The notes beneath the pieces are model-generated. The model was not told the origin of the DNA. It ran no database searches and saw nothing but the letters and a program-made list of their open reading frames with translations. From an uncultured Acidobacteriota bacterium (GTDB taxonomy: Bacteria; Acidobacteriota; Vicinamibacteria; Vicinamibacterales; CAVVIG01), in NCBI GenBank assembly GCA_963711795.1, contig CAVQFD010000005.1:713695-777694 (forward strand): a stretch of DNA of 64,000 nt, given 5' to 3'. The position numbers and the translations under genes were made by a program. Each line of letters opens with the position of its first letter. The stretch's first letter is position 1. Below, one piece after another: positions 51,498-60,282 of this stretch.

Positions 51498-52013
51498 ATG
51501 CGACTCCTCCTCGCACTCAGAGCTCTCTTCTTCGTCCTGCTGCTACCCGGTACACTGGCCGGCTACATCCCATTCAGCATCCTCCGAGCCGACAACCTAC
51601 TGCGCGTCCCAGCCCTCGGGCTCTCCTCCGTCTGCGCCGCCGTCTTCGCCATCACCGGTGCTCTTGTCCTCCTCCGGTGCGTCTGGGACTTCTTCGACGC
51701 AGGCAAGGGCACTCTCGCCCCTATCGATCCCCCACGCTTCCTTGTTGTCCGAGGTCTGTACCGCTTCACCCGCAACCCTATGTACAACGGCGTCATCGCC
51801 CTCATCCTCGGGGAGGCGTGGCTTTTCCAGAGCATCGGTCTGGCAAAGTACGCACTTCTAGTCCTCATCCTCTTCCACTTGTTCGTGGTCCTCTACGAGG
51901 AGCCTGCCCTTGAGTCACAGTTCGGGGAGTCGTATCGGGCCTACCGGCGTGCGGTTCCCCGCTGGGGCTTCACGACTCGGCCGTTTCAAGAGAGCACCGG
52001 GAGCACCGCCTAA
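51498..52013 (+). CDS. Isoprenylcysteine carboxyl / phospholipid methyltransferase-family membrane protein
   Basis: MRLLLALRALFFVLLLPG...LVVRGLYRFTRNPMYNGVIALILGEA...EEPALESQFGESYRAYRRAVPRW. The stop TAA lies inside attC R''. Confidence 0.75.
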   Translation: MRLLLALRALFFVLLLPGTLAGYIPFSILRADNLLRVPALGLSSVCAAVFAITGALVLLRCVWDFFDAGKGTLAPIDPPRFLVVRGLYRFTRNPMYNGVIALILGEAWLFQSIGLAKYALLVLILFHLFVVLYEEPALESQFGESYRAYRRAVPRWGFTTRPFQESTGSTA

Positions 52014-52102
52014 CATGCCGTTGCAGCTGACTGTCACGAGCCCTGCCGGCGCGAGCACGCGCAGCAGGGCTCGCGCCAGCAGCTGGACGCCGGTCGTTAG
52101 GC
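52008..52102 (+). repeat. attC site 10 (GCCTAAC ... GTTAGGC)
   Basis: gcctaacatgccgttgcagctg...cagcagctggacgccggtcgttaggc. Confidence 0.75.
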
Positions 52103-52457
52103 GGACAAGGCCAGGAAAGAGGGGGGAGTGTGCCCAATTCGATATCTCCAGAAGAACTCCGAGACCTGCACCTGCCTCAGCTTGGTCGGCGACTTAATTT
52201 CAAACGTGCGGGCTCGATTCGACCTTCAGGCGCCTGGGGCGCCTGCGAAGCGCAGGTCGATGACGTCACCACATGTGTTCATGTGTTCTCTATGCCGAAA
52301 TAGTAGAAGGACACGTGAAGAAGTTCGGCACAACTGGCTCGTTGCGGGACAGACAGTCACTGATGCCAAGACGTAGAGGGTGAGCTCAACGATCACGACA
52401 AGACAATTGAGTACCGGTTGGGCAACGAGGCGGAATTGATTGCGGACATGCATGACT

Positions 52458-52527
52458 GCCTAACATGGCATGCAGCCGACAGCGCGCGTGACTACGAGTG
52501 CGCTGCGGCTGAAGCCTGACGTTGAAC
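52458..52527 (+). repeat. attC site 11 (GCCTAAC ... GTTGAAC)
   Basis: gcctaacatggcatgcagccgacagcgcgcgtgactacgagtgcgctgcggctgaagcctgacgttgaac. Confidence 0.75.
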
Positions 52528-52731
52528 CGCTGTAGCCCTCAGCGGACCTCCAAAAGACGGACGAACGCTGCCACGATACTGCCACGACGGAGGGGAGTCT
52601 CGGGGACACCAGTGAACGATTGCACGGTCTGAACTTGCTGACTCGGCAGGGCTTGTTGCCCGAAGTCCCATGCCATCGTCATGTTAAAGAATCACGTGAA
52701 TAGGGTTCGACTCCCTCCCTTCTCCGCCACT
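52522..52731 (+). repeat. Non-coding cassette segment X, copy 2, ending in an exact 29-nt copy of the tRNA-Sec 3' end (52703-52731)
   Basis: gggttcgactccctcccttctccgccact is identical to 42053-42081. Confidence 0.85.
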
Positions 52732-52761
52732 TTCCTCGCTTGTGGCTCGGTCAGTAGCGGA

Positions 52762-52870
52762 GAAAGGGAGCGTCTAGGCTTCGGTCAACCGGCTTTGCCC
52801 GTTGCCCTCGGCACGACTCCCACTGAAGGGAGATCTAGGCTTTGGGCAATGAGCTCCGCTCATCGCCGAT
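52762..52870 (+). repeat. Two further units of the ~62-nt hairpin tandem repeat
   Basis: gaaagggagcgtctaggcttcggtcaaccggctttgcccgttgccctcggcacgactcccact and gaagggagatctaggctttgggcaatgagctccgctcatcgcc. Confidence 0.75.
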
Positions 52871-52944
52871 CCTACACAGGTCGTAACCCGTGTCGTCGCG
52901 TGGCTCCGTCAGCGGTAATCTCGGTCGACAACATCAGATGGGTC

Positions 52945-53017
52945 GGCTAACCTCCGCTTGCAGCCGTCGGCGGCTGGTGCGATCGTGAGCCGCCGCGGCT
53001 GAAGCGGCGCGTTGGGC
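52945..53017 (+). repeat. attC site 12 (GGCTAAC ... GTTGGGC); last one seen
   Basis: ggctaacctccgcttgcagccgtcggcggctggtgcgatcgtgagccgccgcggctgaagcggcgcgttgggc. Confidence 0.8.
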
Positions 53018-53134
53018 TGCGGACGTGTGTTCTTGGATGGAGAGCGAGGCACTATGCAGGTCATTCGACGGTTCGCCGGTGCTGTTTGCGTTCGACAACA
53101 TCGTGGCCGAGTTGGTGCAAAAGGCGGGTGCCGC

Positions 53135-54241
53135 ATGATGACCCTGCAGCGTTGGATCCTTGCTGCCATCATTCTTTTCATTGGCGCCGTCACACCCTCC
53201 GTCGTGGCCCAGAACGCGAACGTCTCACCACCTGCCGCCAGCGCACCTGCCCCGCAGGCTGTCGCGCCTTCGTCCGGTTGTCACAACGAGCAGGGACTGA
53301 CCTACCTGTGTGACCTCAGCGTCCCGGAAGACATCCTGAACCTTGGTTCCTCCGGCCTTCTGCTTGTGTCCGGTCACCGTGCGCCCGGTCACCTGTATCT
53401 GATCGATCCTGCGACACGGACGCAGTCGGAGCTCATCCACGGCGCTACCTTCAGGCTCCAGCACGACACCCGCGCCTATCCCGACTGTCCGGGGCCGCTG
53501 AACCTGCAGGCCTTCGATGTCCACGGTCTCAGCCTGGCCGAGACGTCGCCCCGGTATTTCAGCCTGTACACCACGAGCCATGGCGCGCGCGAAGCCATCG
53601 AAATCTACGATCTCGACCTTCGCGGCACGGCGCCGAGCCTCACCTGGAAGGGCTGTGTCCTCCTGCAGCAGGACAGTTACCACAACAGCGTCGCCCGGCT
53701 CGCCGACGGCGGATTCGTGACGACCAGAATGCGGGACCAGAACTTCAGGGGTGGTGGAGGTGCCCCAGCCGGCATCACCGGCCATCTGATCGAGTGGCAT
53801 CCGGGCGGCCAACCCCAGCCGCTCCCCGACACCGAGATGTCGCTGCCGAACGGCATCGACGTCTCGAAGGACGAGCGCTACATCTACGTGGCCGCCATCG
53901 GCTCGCAGGAGTTGGTTCGTTTCGATCGCCGGGCGACGCCGATTGCCAAGCGCACGGTGTCACTGCCCATTCGGCCGGACAACGTCCACTGGGCCACCAA
54001 TGGCAAGCTTCTGACCGCCGGTCCCAACTATGTCCCGCCTGCGGTGTGCAGCGGCGCGGGCTGCGCCACGGGCTGGTCGGTGCTCGAAGTCGATCCGGAG
54101 ACGTTGGCCTTCTCGCGGCTCGGCGGCGCGGATCAAACGGCCGCGATGCAGCGCGTGAGCTCGGCCATGCGAGTGGGCGACGACATCTGGGTTGGCAGCA
54201 ACGACGACCGTATCGCCCGCTTCTCGCTGCGCCGGCCTTGA
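53135..54241 (+). CDS. Secreted SMP-30/gluconolactonase/arylesterase-like beta-propeller protein
   Basis: Signal peptide is MMTLQRWILAAIILFIGAVTPSVVAQ. Further segments: ...LPNGIDVSKDERYIYVAAIGSQELVRF...DDIWVGSNDDRIARF. Confidence 0.6.
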   Translation: MMTLQRWILAAIILFIGAVTPSVVAQNANVSPPAASAPAPQAVAPSSGCHNEQGLTYLCDLSVPEDILNLGSSGLLLVSGHRAPGHLYLIDPATRTQSELIHGATFRLQHDTRAYPDCPGPLNLQAFDVHGLSLAETSPRYFSLYTTSHGAREAIEIYDLDLRGTAPSLTWKGCVLLQQDSYHNSVARLADGGFVTTRMRDQNFRGGGGAPAGITGHLIEWHPGGQPQPLPDTEMSLPNGIDVSKDERYIYVAAIGSQELVRFDRRATPIAKRTVSLPIRPDNVHWATNGKLLTAGPNYVPPAVCSGAGCATGWSVLEVDPETLAFSRLGGADQTAAMQRVSSAMRVGDDIWVGSNDDRIARFSLRRP

Positions 54242-54343
54242 ACACACTCCGGGATCAGTTCGACTGATCGCCCACTCGCGTGACCGCGCCACGACGTAAG
54301 CGCTCTGGATGAATTACACCGTGTCCAGGCTTCGGAGGCTGAC

Positions 54344-54826
54344 ATGACGAATCGCGGCTCGAGGAGCGTGTGGTCGATATGCGTCCTGTTAGCGGCTTTC
54401 TGCTCGGTGGCGGCACAGCCGCCGGGTGTCGCGGCGGACGTACTTGCCTTCGAGCGCGAGATTGAGGCCGCAGTCGTTCGCGGCGATGTTCGCTTCGTCG
54501 ACGCCGCATCGGCGCCGACCTTCACCTTCACACACGGCGATGGGTGGACCACGGGTGGCGCACCGCTCCGCGTCGACAGCCGCGCGGATTGGCTGGCGAC
54601 GGTGGCCAAGTCACCATACGCGTCGCGCGTGCTCGACTCGGTGAAGACCGAAGTGCATGGAGATGTCGTCATCACTTACGGACGCTACGTCGGGCGCTTC
54701 AAGGACGCCGCTCCTGGACGCCGGCAGTTCACCGTGTGGTATCAGCGTGTTTACGCGAAGCGCGACGGCAAGTGGCAGTACCTCTCGCATCGCACGGTCC
54801 ACGGACCCGTCTACGAGAAAGAGTAA
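54344..54826 (+). CDS. DUF4440/SnoaL-like (NTF2 fold) secreted protein
   Basis: LAFEREIEAAVVRGDVRFVDAASAPTFTFTHGDG...VVITYGRYVGRF...FTVWYQRVYAKRDGKWQYLSHRT. Confidence 0.7.
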   Translation: MTNRGSRSVWSICVLLAAFCSVAAQPPGVAADVLAFEREIEAAVVRGDVRFVDAASAPTFTFTHGDGWTTGGAPLRVDSRADWLATVAKSPYASRVLDSVKTEVHGDVVITYGRYVGRFKDAAPGRRQFTVWYQRVYAKRDGKWQYLSHRTVHGPVYEKE

Positions 54827-54828
54827 TC

Positions 54829-55912
54829 ATGTCCAAGCCAGAATCAACCTCCAGCGGACGCCGTGATTTTCTGCAGGCCATGATTGGTGCGCCTGCGCTC
54901 GCCGCCGCGCTGGTCGAGACGGCGCAGGCAGCAGCAGGCGCAGCGCGACGTCTTCGTCAAGCACGCGTACGAGGAACACACGGTCAACCTTGGCGAGGTG
55001 GTGATGAATTACGTGGTCTCGGGCTCAGCGGCGAGCCCGGCCCTGCTGCTCATCCCGGGCCAGACCGAGTCGTGGTGGGGGTTCGAGAAGGCCATAGCCC
55101 TTCTGGACAAGGAGTTTCAGGTGTATGCCGTGGATCTGCGCGGGCAGGGCCGCAGCACGTGGACGCCGCGCCGCTACACGCTCGACAACATGGGCAACGA
55201 CCTCGTGCGCTTCATCGCCCTGGTGATCAAACGGCCGGTCATCACCAGCGGGTGCTCGTCCGGCGGCGTGCTGTCGGCCTGGTTGTCGGCCTTTGCCATG
55301 CCCGGGCAGGTGCGTGCGTCCCACTACGAAGATCCACCGCTCTTTGCCTCCGAATACAGCCCCCGCTACGGTCATTCCGTCCGCCAAAGCGCCGTTGGCC
55401 CGGCCTTCGAAGCGTTTGCGAAGTACCTCGGCGATCAGTGGAGCGTTGGCGACTGGGCAGGAATGGTGGCGTCTCGCGCGGCCGGCGCGCGTTCAACTGC
55501 GGGAGCGCAAAGGGGCGGCGCGCAGGGCGGTGCAGTGCCGCGAGCCGATGCGGCGGCGGCCGGCGGGCCGCCGCCCGGGCCTCCACAGAATCTCAAGGAA
55601 TATGATCCCGAATGGGCGCGGGCCTTCATCGAGGGGACCGTGGCCCTGAGCTGCCCCCACGAGCGGATGCTGGCCCAGGTCAAAGTGCCCGTGCTCTTCA
55701 CCCACCACAGCCGCGCGATCGATCCTGCCACCGGCCAGCTCGTTGGCGCGATTTCGGACTTGCAGGCCACCAAGGTGAACGAAATCGTGACCGCTGCGGG
55801 CCAATCATTTGAGTACGTGTCATTGCCCGACGCGGCGCATGCGATGCACCAGGCAGATCCTGCCCGCTTTGCTCAGGTGCTGACTACATGGGCAAGGAAA
55901 CTTCCTGCGTGA
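54829..55912 (+). CDS. Alpha/beta hydrolase with a Tat-type signal; frameshift ~54940
   Basis: MSKPESTSSGRRDFLQAMIGAPALAAAL, then after the shift ...ALLLIPGQTESWWGFEKAI...VYAVDLRGQGRS...ITSGCSSGGVLSAWL (nucleophile elbow)...DAAHAMH. Confidence 0.75.
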
Positions 55913-56292
55913 CGAAGCCTGCAGAACAGCACCTGTTCGGCAACGGCCGGCTGTCCTACATTCAGATTCCAGCGGCCAGCGTGCGGGAATCAGCTGCGTT
56001 CTACGCAAGCGTCTTCGGATGGGAAATCCGCGGCGGAAACGACAATCACCTGAGCTTTACCGATGCAACGGGGGACATGATTGGCGCCTGGGTGACAGGC
56101 CGGGCTGTGAGTGGAGAGCCAGGTGTGTTGCCATACGTCTACGTTCACGGGATCGATGCGGCCGTCGACCGAATCAAAGCCAACGGCGGTGACGTGGTGA
56201 AGCCCCCGTACGACGAGGGCGGCCTTTGGGTGGCCACATTCCGCGATCCGGCGGGCAACGTGCTGGGGATTTGGCAGAACGGTCCGCGGTGA
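55888..56292 (+). CDS. VOC (glyoxalase/bleomycin-resistance) family protein
   Basis: RLSYIQIPAASVRESAAFYASVFGWEI...LWVATFRDPAGNVLGIWQ. Confidence 0.75.
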   Translation: MGKETSCVTKPAEQHLFGNGRLSYIQIPAASVRESAAFYASVFGWEIRGGNDNHLSFTDATGDMIGAWVTGRAVSGEPGVLPYVYVHGIDAAVDRIKANGGDVVKPPYDEGGLWVATFRDPAGNVLGIWQNGPR

Positions 56293-56345
56293 GCGCGGTG
56301 CGCATGTGAGACGCGCTCGAGGAGCGTCAGTGAGAAGGAGCCGCG

Positions 56346-56831
56346 ATGCATAACCACGCGTCCCGCCGCCGGTTCGTGAAAGCCGTTGTGGGTGCGGCTG
56401 CCGTCGCTGGAGGCCGGAGCGCCTCGGCACAGCAGCCTGGACAAATTCGGGGCTTCGACCATGTCGCGGTGCCGATGCAGAACACCGAGGCCATGCTCAC
56501 GTTCTATCGCGCGCTCGGCTTGCAGATGAACGAAACCGCTGGCGCCGTCTCGGTGTATGTCGGCGCCGATCAGATGATCAACTTCCACCGGCCGGCACGC
56601 TGGCCGGATCCAGCTTTCACGTTGCGCGCCCCGGCCGCCCGACCCCCGTGTGGTGACTTCTGCTTCGTGTGGGACGGGAACGCCGAGTCGCTGAAGGCGA
56701 CCTTGGACAGGGTTGGGGCGAAGGTAGAAGTGGGCCCGGCTCAACGGGCCGGGGGCCGGCGCAGGAACGGCACGAGCACCTACGTGCGTGACCCGGACGG
56801 GAATCTGCTCGAGTTCATCATCTACTCATGA
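56346..56831 (+). CDS. VOC family protein with a Tat-like signal
   Basis: MHNHASRRRFVKAVVGAAAVAGG...FDHVAVPMQNTEAMLTFYRALGL...TYVRDPDGNLLEFI. Confidence 0.75.
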   Translation: MHNHASRRRFVKAVVGAAAVAGGRSASAQQPGQIRGFDHVAVPMQNTEAMLTFYRALGLQMNETAGAVSVYVGADQMINFHRPARWPDPAFTLRAPAARPPCGDFCFVWDGNAESLKATLDRVGAKVEVGPAQRAGGRRRNGTSTYVRDPDGNLLEFIIYS

Positions 56832-57626
56832 GCACCGTCCGCATCGCGCTCGCGAACCTCCGTGTGCCCTCGACGCCAGACGAGTCCGTCTCCCTGGCGA
56901 CATCAGCGGTCGCCGACGCCGGCCGGCAGTCCGCGACCGTGATTTGTTTCCCGGAATGCTTCGTTCCCGGGTATCGCTGGCCCGGCGAGACGGCGCCAGC
57001 ACCCGATCCTGCCTTCCTCGAACGGGCATGGGCTGAAGTCGCGCGCGCCGCCGGAGCGGCCCGCATCACCGTGATCCTTGGCACGGAGCGGATCACCAGC
57101 CGCGGCTTGCAGATCACCGCATGTGTGATCAACCCGGACGGCACGGTCGCGGGATGGCAGGACAAAGCGCAGCTCGACCCGTCGGAGGAGGCCACGTATC
57201 CGGCGTTCGGGACCGAACGCCAGGTATTCACGGCGGGCCCGCTGACCTTCGGCGTGGTGATTTGCCACGAAGGGTTCCGCTATCCGGAGACCGTGCGGTG
57301 GGCGGTCCGGCGCGGCGCGCAGGTCGTGTTCCACCCGCACGCGGATGTCGCCGCAGCCCGGCAGCTATCGCCCGCTCACGTTCGCGGATCCGGCCAACAC
57401 GTTCCACGAGAAGGCGATGCTGTGTCGCGCGGCGGAGAACACGTGCTACTTCGCGTCCGTGAACTGCGCAAGCGAAGGCTCCGGCACGACGTCGGCAATC
57501 GTGCGTCCGGACGGTACGCTGCAGGCCTTTCAGCCTTACGGACAGGAGGGCCTCCTCGTGGCGGACCTGGACCTCAGCACGGCGACCGGACTGCTCGCTT
57601 CGCGGTGCCGGACGTGGCCGATGTAA
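56828..57626 (+). CDS. Carbon-nitrogen hydrolase (nitrilase superfamily); frameshift ~57345
   Basis: VICFPECFVPGY (Glu), AQLDPSEE, FGVVICHEGFRYPE (catalytic Cys). After the shift it reads ...NTFHEKAMLCRAAENTCYFASVN. ATGA overlap with the previous gene. Confidence 0.8.
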
Positions 57627-57661
57627 ACAGTCTGAGACGCGAGAGACACCGAGGTGCGGTC

Positions 57662-57860
57662 ATGGGGTACGACATCCACATTACCCGCGCAGAGTCTTGG
57701 GCCGAGAACGAGGGCCATTGGATTGAAGAGGGCTCAGTACAAAAACCCGGATCGGGCCATCGTGATGAAGATGCTCGAGATCGCCATTCGCCTCGGAGCA
57801 CGCATTCAGGGCGACGACGGCGAGTTCTACGATGACGCTTCCGTGTTTCCGGATGACTGA
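57662..57860 (+). CDS. Small hypothetical protein; internal frameshift
   Basis: MGYDIHITRAESWAENEGHWIEE, then ...NPDRAIVMKMLEIAIRLGARIQGDDGEFYDDASVFPDD in the adjacent frame. Confidence 0.4.
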
Positions 57861-57873
57861 CTGCGTTCACCTA

Positions 57874-58372
57874 ATGAGCAGCCGCATCTGCCAGACGTCA
57901 CGCTGGGGACGATGTGCACTGGTGTTGTTGATCGTGCTGCTGCTTTCGGGTTCTCTGAGCGCCCAGGGAAAGAGCTACGCCTACGTTTCGCTCGGTGCCG
58001 GTGCCACTGATATCAACGGCGGGTTGGACTGGGCCATCTCGGGCGGGCCGATCGGAATAGGCGGGGAAGTCGGGACGGGCTGGGTGTTTCTAGGGGCCGT
58101 CACAGGGTCGTATCACTTCCTCGCCGACCGACCGAGAAAGCACGATGTGTTCGCAACGGTTGGCTACGCGGGCCTGGGGAGCAGCGAGTTCTCCTCGCAG
58201 GGCATGACTGTCGGGGGCGGCGCGAGCGTACTGGCCGCTGGCACGCCTTGGTCTCCGGTTCGATGGCTTTCGGTTCTTGCCCGTTTCGACTGATGACAAG
58301 ATTCCCGCCGCGGAACGTTCTCCGTCTCGGTACTGGGGCCTGCGGGTGGGCGTGGCATTTCGGTTTCGTTGA
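57874..58372 (+). CDS. Small outer-membrane beta-barrel-like protein; frameshift ~58235
   Basis: Signal peptide is MSSRICQTSRWGRCALVLLIVLLLSGSLSAQ. The restored C-terminus ...YWGLRVGVAFRFR has an aromatic-rich barrel end. Confidence 0.5.
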
Positions 58373-58382
58373 GGCCGAGTGG

Positions 58383-58782
58383 ATGGACAGGATGAGCTAT
58401 CAGTCACGAACCGGCGCAGTGCTCTTCGCGAAGAACCTGGACAGGATCGCGGCCTTCTACTCGGCAGTGCTCGGGCTCACCGAGGCGAATCGGGACGAGG
58501 ATCACATCCTGCTCGAATCGCCGGGATTTCAGTTGGTGGTCCATCGGATCATCGGTGGCGGCTCCGCGGCAGGGGACTGAGCGTCCCGCTGCGCGCCGCT
58601 CGACGGCAGCGTTCAAGCCGGTCTTCTTTGTCCCGAGCATCTCGCGCCTCCGGGCAACTGCGGAGATGCGTGGCGGAGTCATGGAGCCGGCCGACCAGGA
58701 GTGGTCGTTCGATGGCATCACGGTGTGTGATGGGTTGGACCCGGAAGGCAACGTGATTCAGTTTCGCGAGCAACCCCGCTGA
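58383..58782 (+). CDS. VOC/glyoxalase-like protein; frameshift ~58560
   Basis: GAVLFAKNLDRIAAFYSAVLGL...ILLESPGFQLVVHRI, then FKPVFFVPSISRLRATAEMRGGV...DPEGNVIQFRE. Confidence 0.55.
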
Positions 58783-58803
58783 CAAGCGGGACGACGGCTC
58801 TCT

Positions 58804-59310
58804 TTGACTGCTCGACTTCTTGAATCCAGGCGTCAGCCGGAGTTCAGAGCCGCCGCTCTGAACGGATTGTTGATGCTCCTTTTGCCTGCCTTCTGGGCTG
58901 GTTACCTCAACTACACATCCACCGCGGTTCGCCCGGTTCCAGCCACGGTCCTCTCTTCTGCGATAAGGGCGCTGCCCGTGCTGTTCGTTTTCGCGCCGGT
59001 CTCGTTGGTGGTGTTCTGGAGGACCTACGTCCACGCACGAGCGTACGTTCGCCATCCGGCGACCGTTTGGCGGGGTCCCGTCGAGAGCATGGCGCTCGGC
59101 GGCGGTATAGCTCTGCTGATCATGCTGTGGGCGACAGCGGGGACCTGGGCAAGAGAGCCCTTCCACATGGTCACCCTGTACATTGCGATCTACGTCATCG
59201 GAACCGCTCTGGTTGGCCTGGTGCTCGGCCTCCTGTTCGCAGGAACGGCGCTGCTAGCCGTCGTCTTCACACGCAGAGATGGCGTTGTGAGCCTCGATCC
59301 CGAGAGATGA
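58804..59310 (+). CDS. Hypothetical polytopic membrane protein
   Basis: Four hydrophobic segments. TTG start, with an alternative ATG at 58873. Confidence 0.45.
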   Translation: MTARLLESRRQPEFRAAALNGLLMLLLPAFWAGYLNYTSTAVRPVPATVLSSAIRALPVLFVFAPVSLVVFWRTYVHARAYVRHPATVWRGPVESMALGGGIALLIMLWATAGTWAREPFHMVTLYIAIYVIGTALVGLVLGLLFAGTALLAVVFTRRDGVVSLDPER

Positions 59311-59657
59311 AGGAATCCCGAGTTCTTCACCAGGTTCGCAAGCGATGCCTCTCGCTGCCGGAGAGTTCCGAAGTGGCGTCGTGGGGTCATCCGAACTTCC
59401 GCGCCGGTAAGCGAACCTTCATGACGTTCGAGTGGATCCATGGACGGCCTTCGATTGCCTTCAGGCTGAATTCAACGGACATCGACCTGCTGCTTCGCCG
59501 TAAGGGCTTCTTCGTCACGCCGTACGGCCAGGGACGGTGGGTCAGCGTCTGGGCCGACGGCCCGCTCAACCGGGGCCTGGTCGAGCGCCTGATCGACCGG
59601 AGCTATCGTATGGTGGCACTCAAGCGAATGATCGCGGCGTTGGACGCGAAGATCTGA
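59307..59657 (+). CDS. MmcQ/YjbR-family protein
   Basis: MKESRVLHQVRKRCLSLPESSEVASWGHPNFRAGKRTFMTFEW...FFVTPYGQGRWVSVW. ATGA overlap with the previous gene. Confidence 0.8.
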   Translation: MKESRVLHQVRKRCLSLPESSEVASWGHPNFRAGKRTFMTFEWIHGRPSIAFRLNSTDIDLLLRRKGFFVTPYGQGRWVSVWADGPLNRGLVERLIDRSYRMVALKRMIAALDAKI

Positions 59658-59769
59658 ACGGGTCATGAGAAAGATCAGCAAAACCGGTGGACGGCGGGCA
59701 ACCCGCAGGCAGCAACAGCTGGACATTGCCGGCGTGGCCAAGGCCAATGCTGAAGGGACGCGGCCTCCA

Positions 59770-60282
59770 ATGGCATCAACGGGTTTCGATCCTGTTGCTG
59801 GTCCGGACGCTCGAGTACTGATCCTCGGGACGCTTCCCGGCGCGATGGCGTTGGCGAAGGGTGAGTACTACGCCCAGCCTCGGAACGCGTTCTGGCACAT
59901 CATGGCGGAAGTCGCTGGCGCGGGGCTTGCTCTTCCCTATGAAGAACGCAAGCGCCGTTTGATCAAGCGCCGGCTGGCGGTCTGGGACGTGGTTGCCAGT
60001 GCCGTGCGACCTGGCAGTCTGGACTCGAGAATTCAGGCGGGCTCGATTCGGCCGAACGACTTCGCGACGTTTCTCGCGTCGCAACCCGACCTTCAGCTGA
60101 TCTGCTTCAACGGGATGAAGGCCGCTGATCTGTTTGCCCGCATGGTCTTGCCGAAGCTCGAGGCGCGATGGACTAGCGTCCGGCGCGTGATCTTGCCGTC
60201 CACCAGCCCCGCGCATGCGGCCATGCCACTCAAGCGGAAGATTCAGGTGTGGCGGAATGCACTGGCTGATGGTGAAACCTAG
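59770..60282 (+). CDS. DNA-deoxyinosine glycosylase (UDG superfamily, hypoxanthine-DNA glycosylase type)
   Basis: GFDPVAGPDARVLILGTLPGAMALAKGEYYAQPRNAFWHIMAEV...ILPSTSPAHA. Confidence 0.8.
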   Translation: MASTGFDPVAGPDARVLILGTLPGAMALAKGEYYAQPRNAFWHIMAEVAGAGLALPYEERKRRLIKRRLAVWDVVASAVRPGSLDSRIQAGSIRPNDFATFLASQPDLQLICFNGMKAADLFARMVLPKLEARWTSVRRVILPSTSPAHAAMPLKRKIQVWRNALADGET

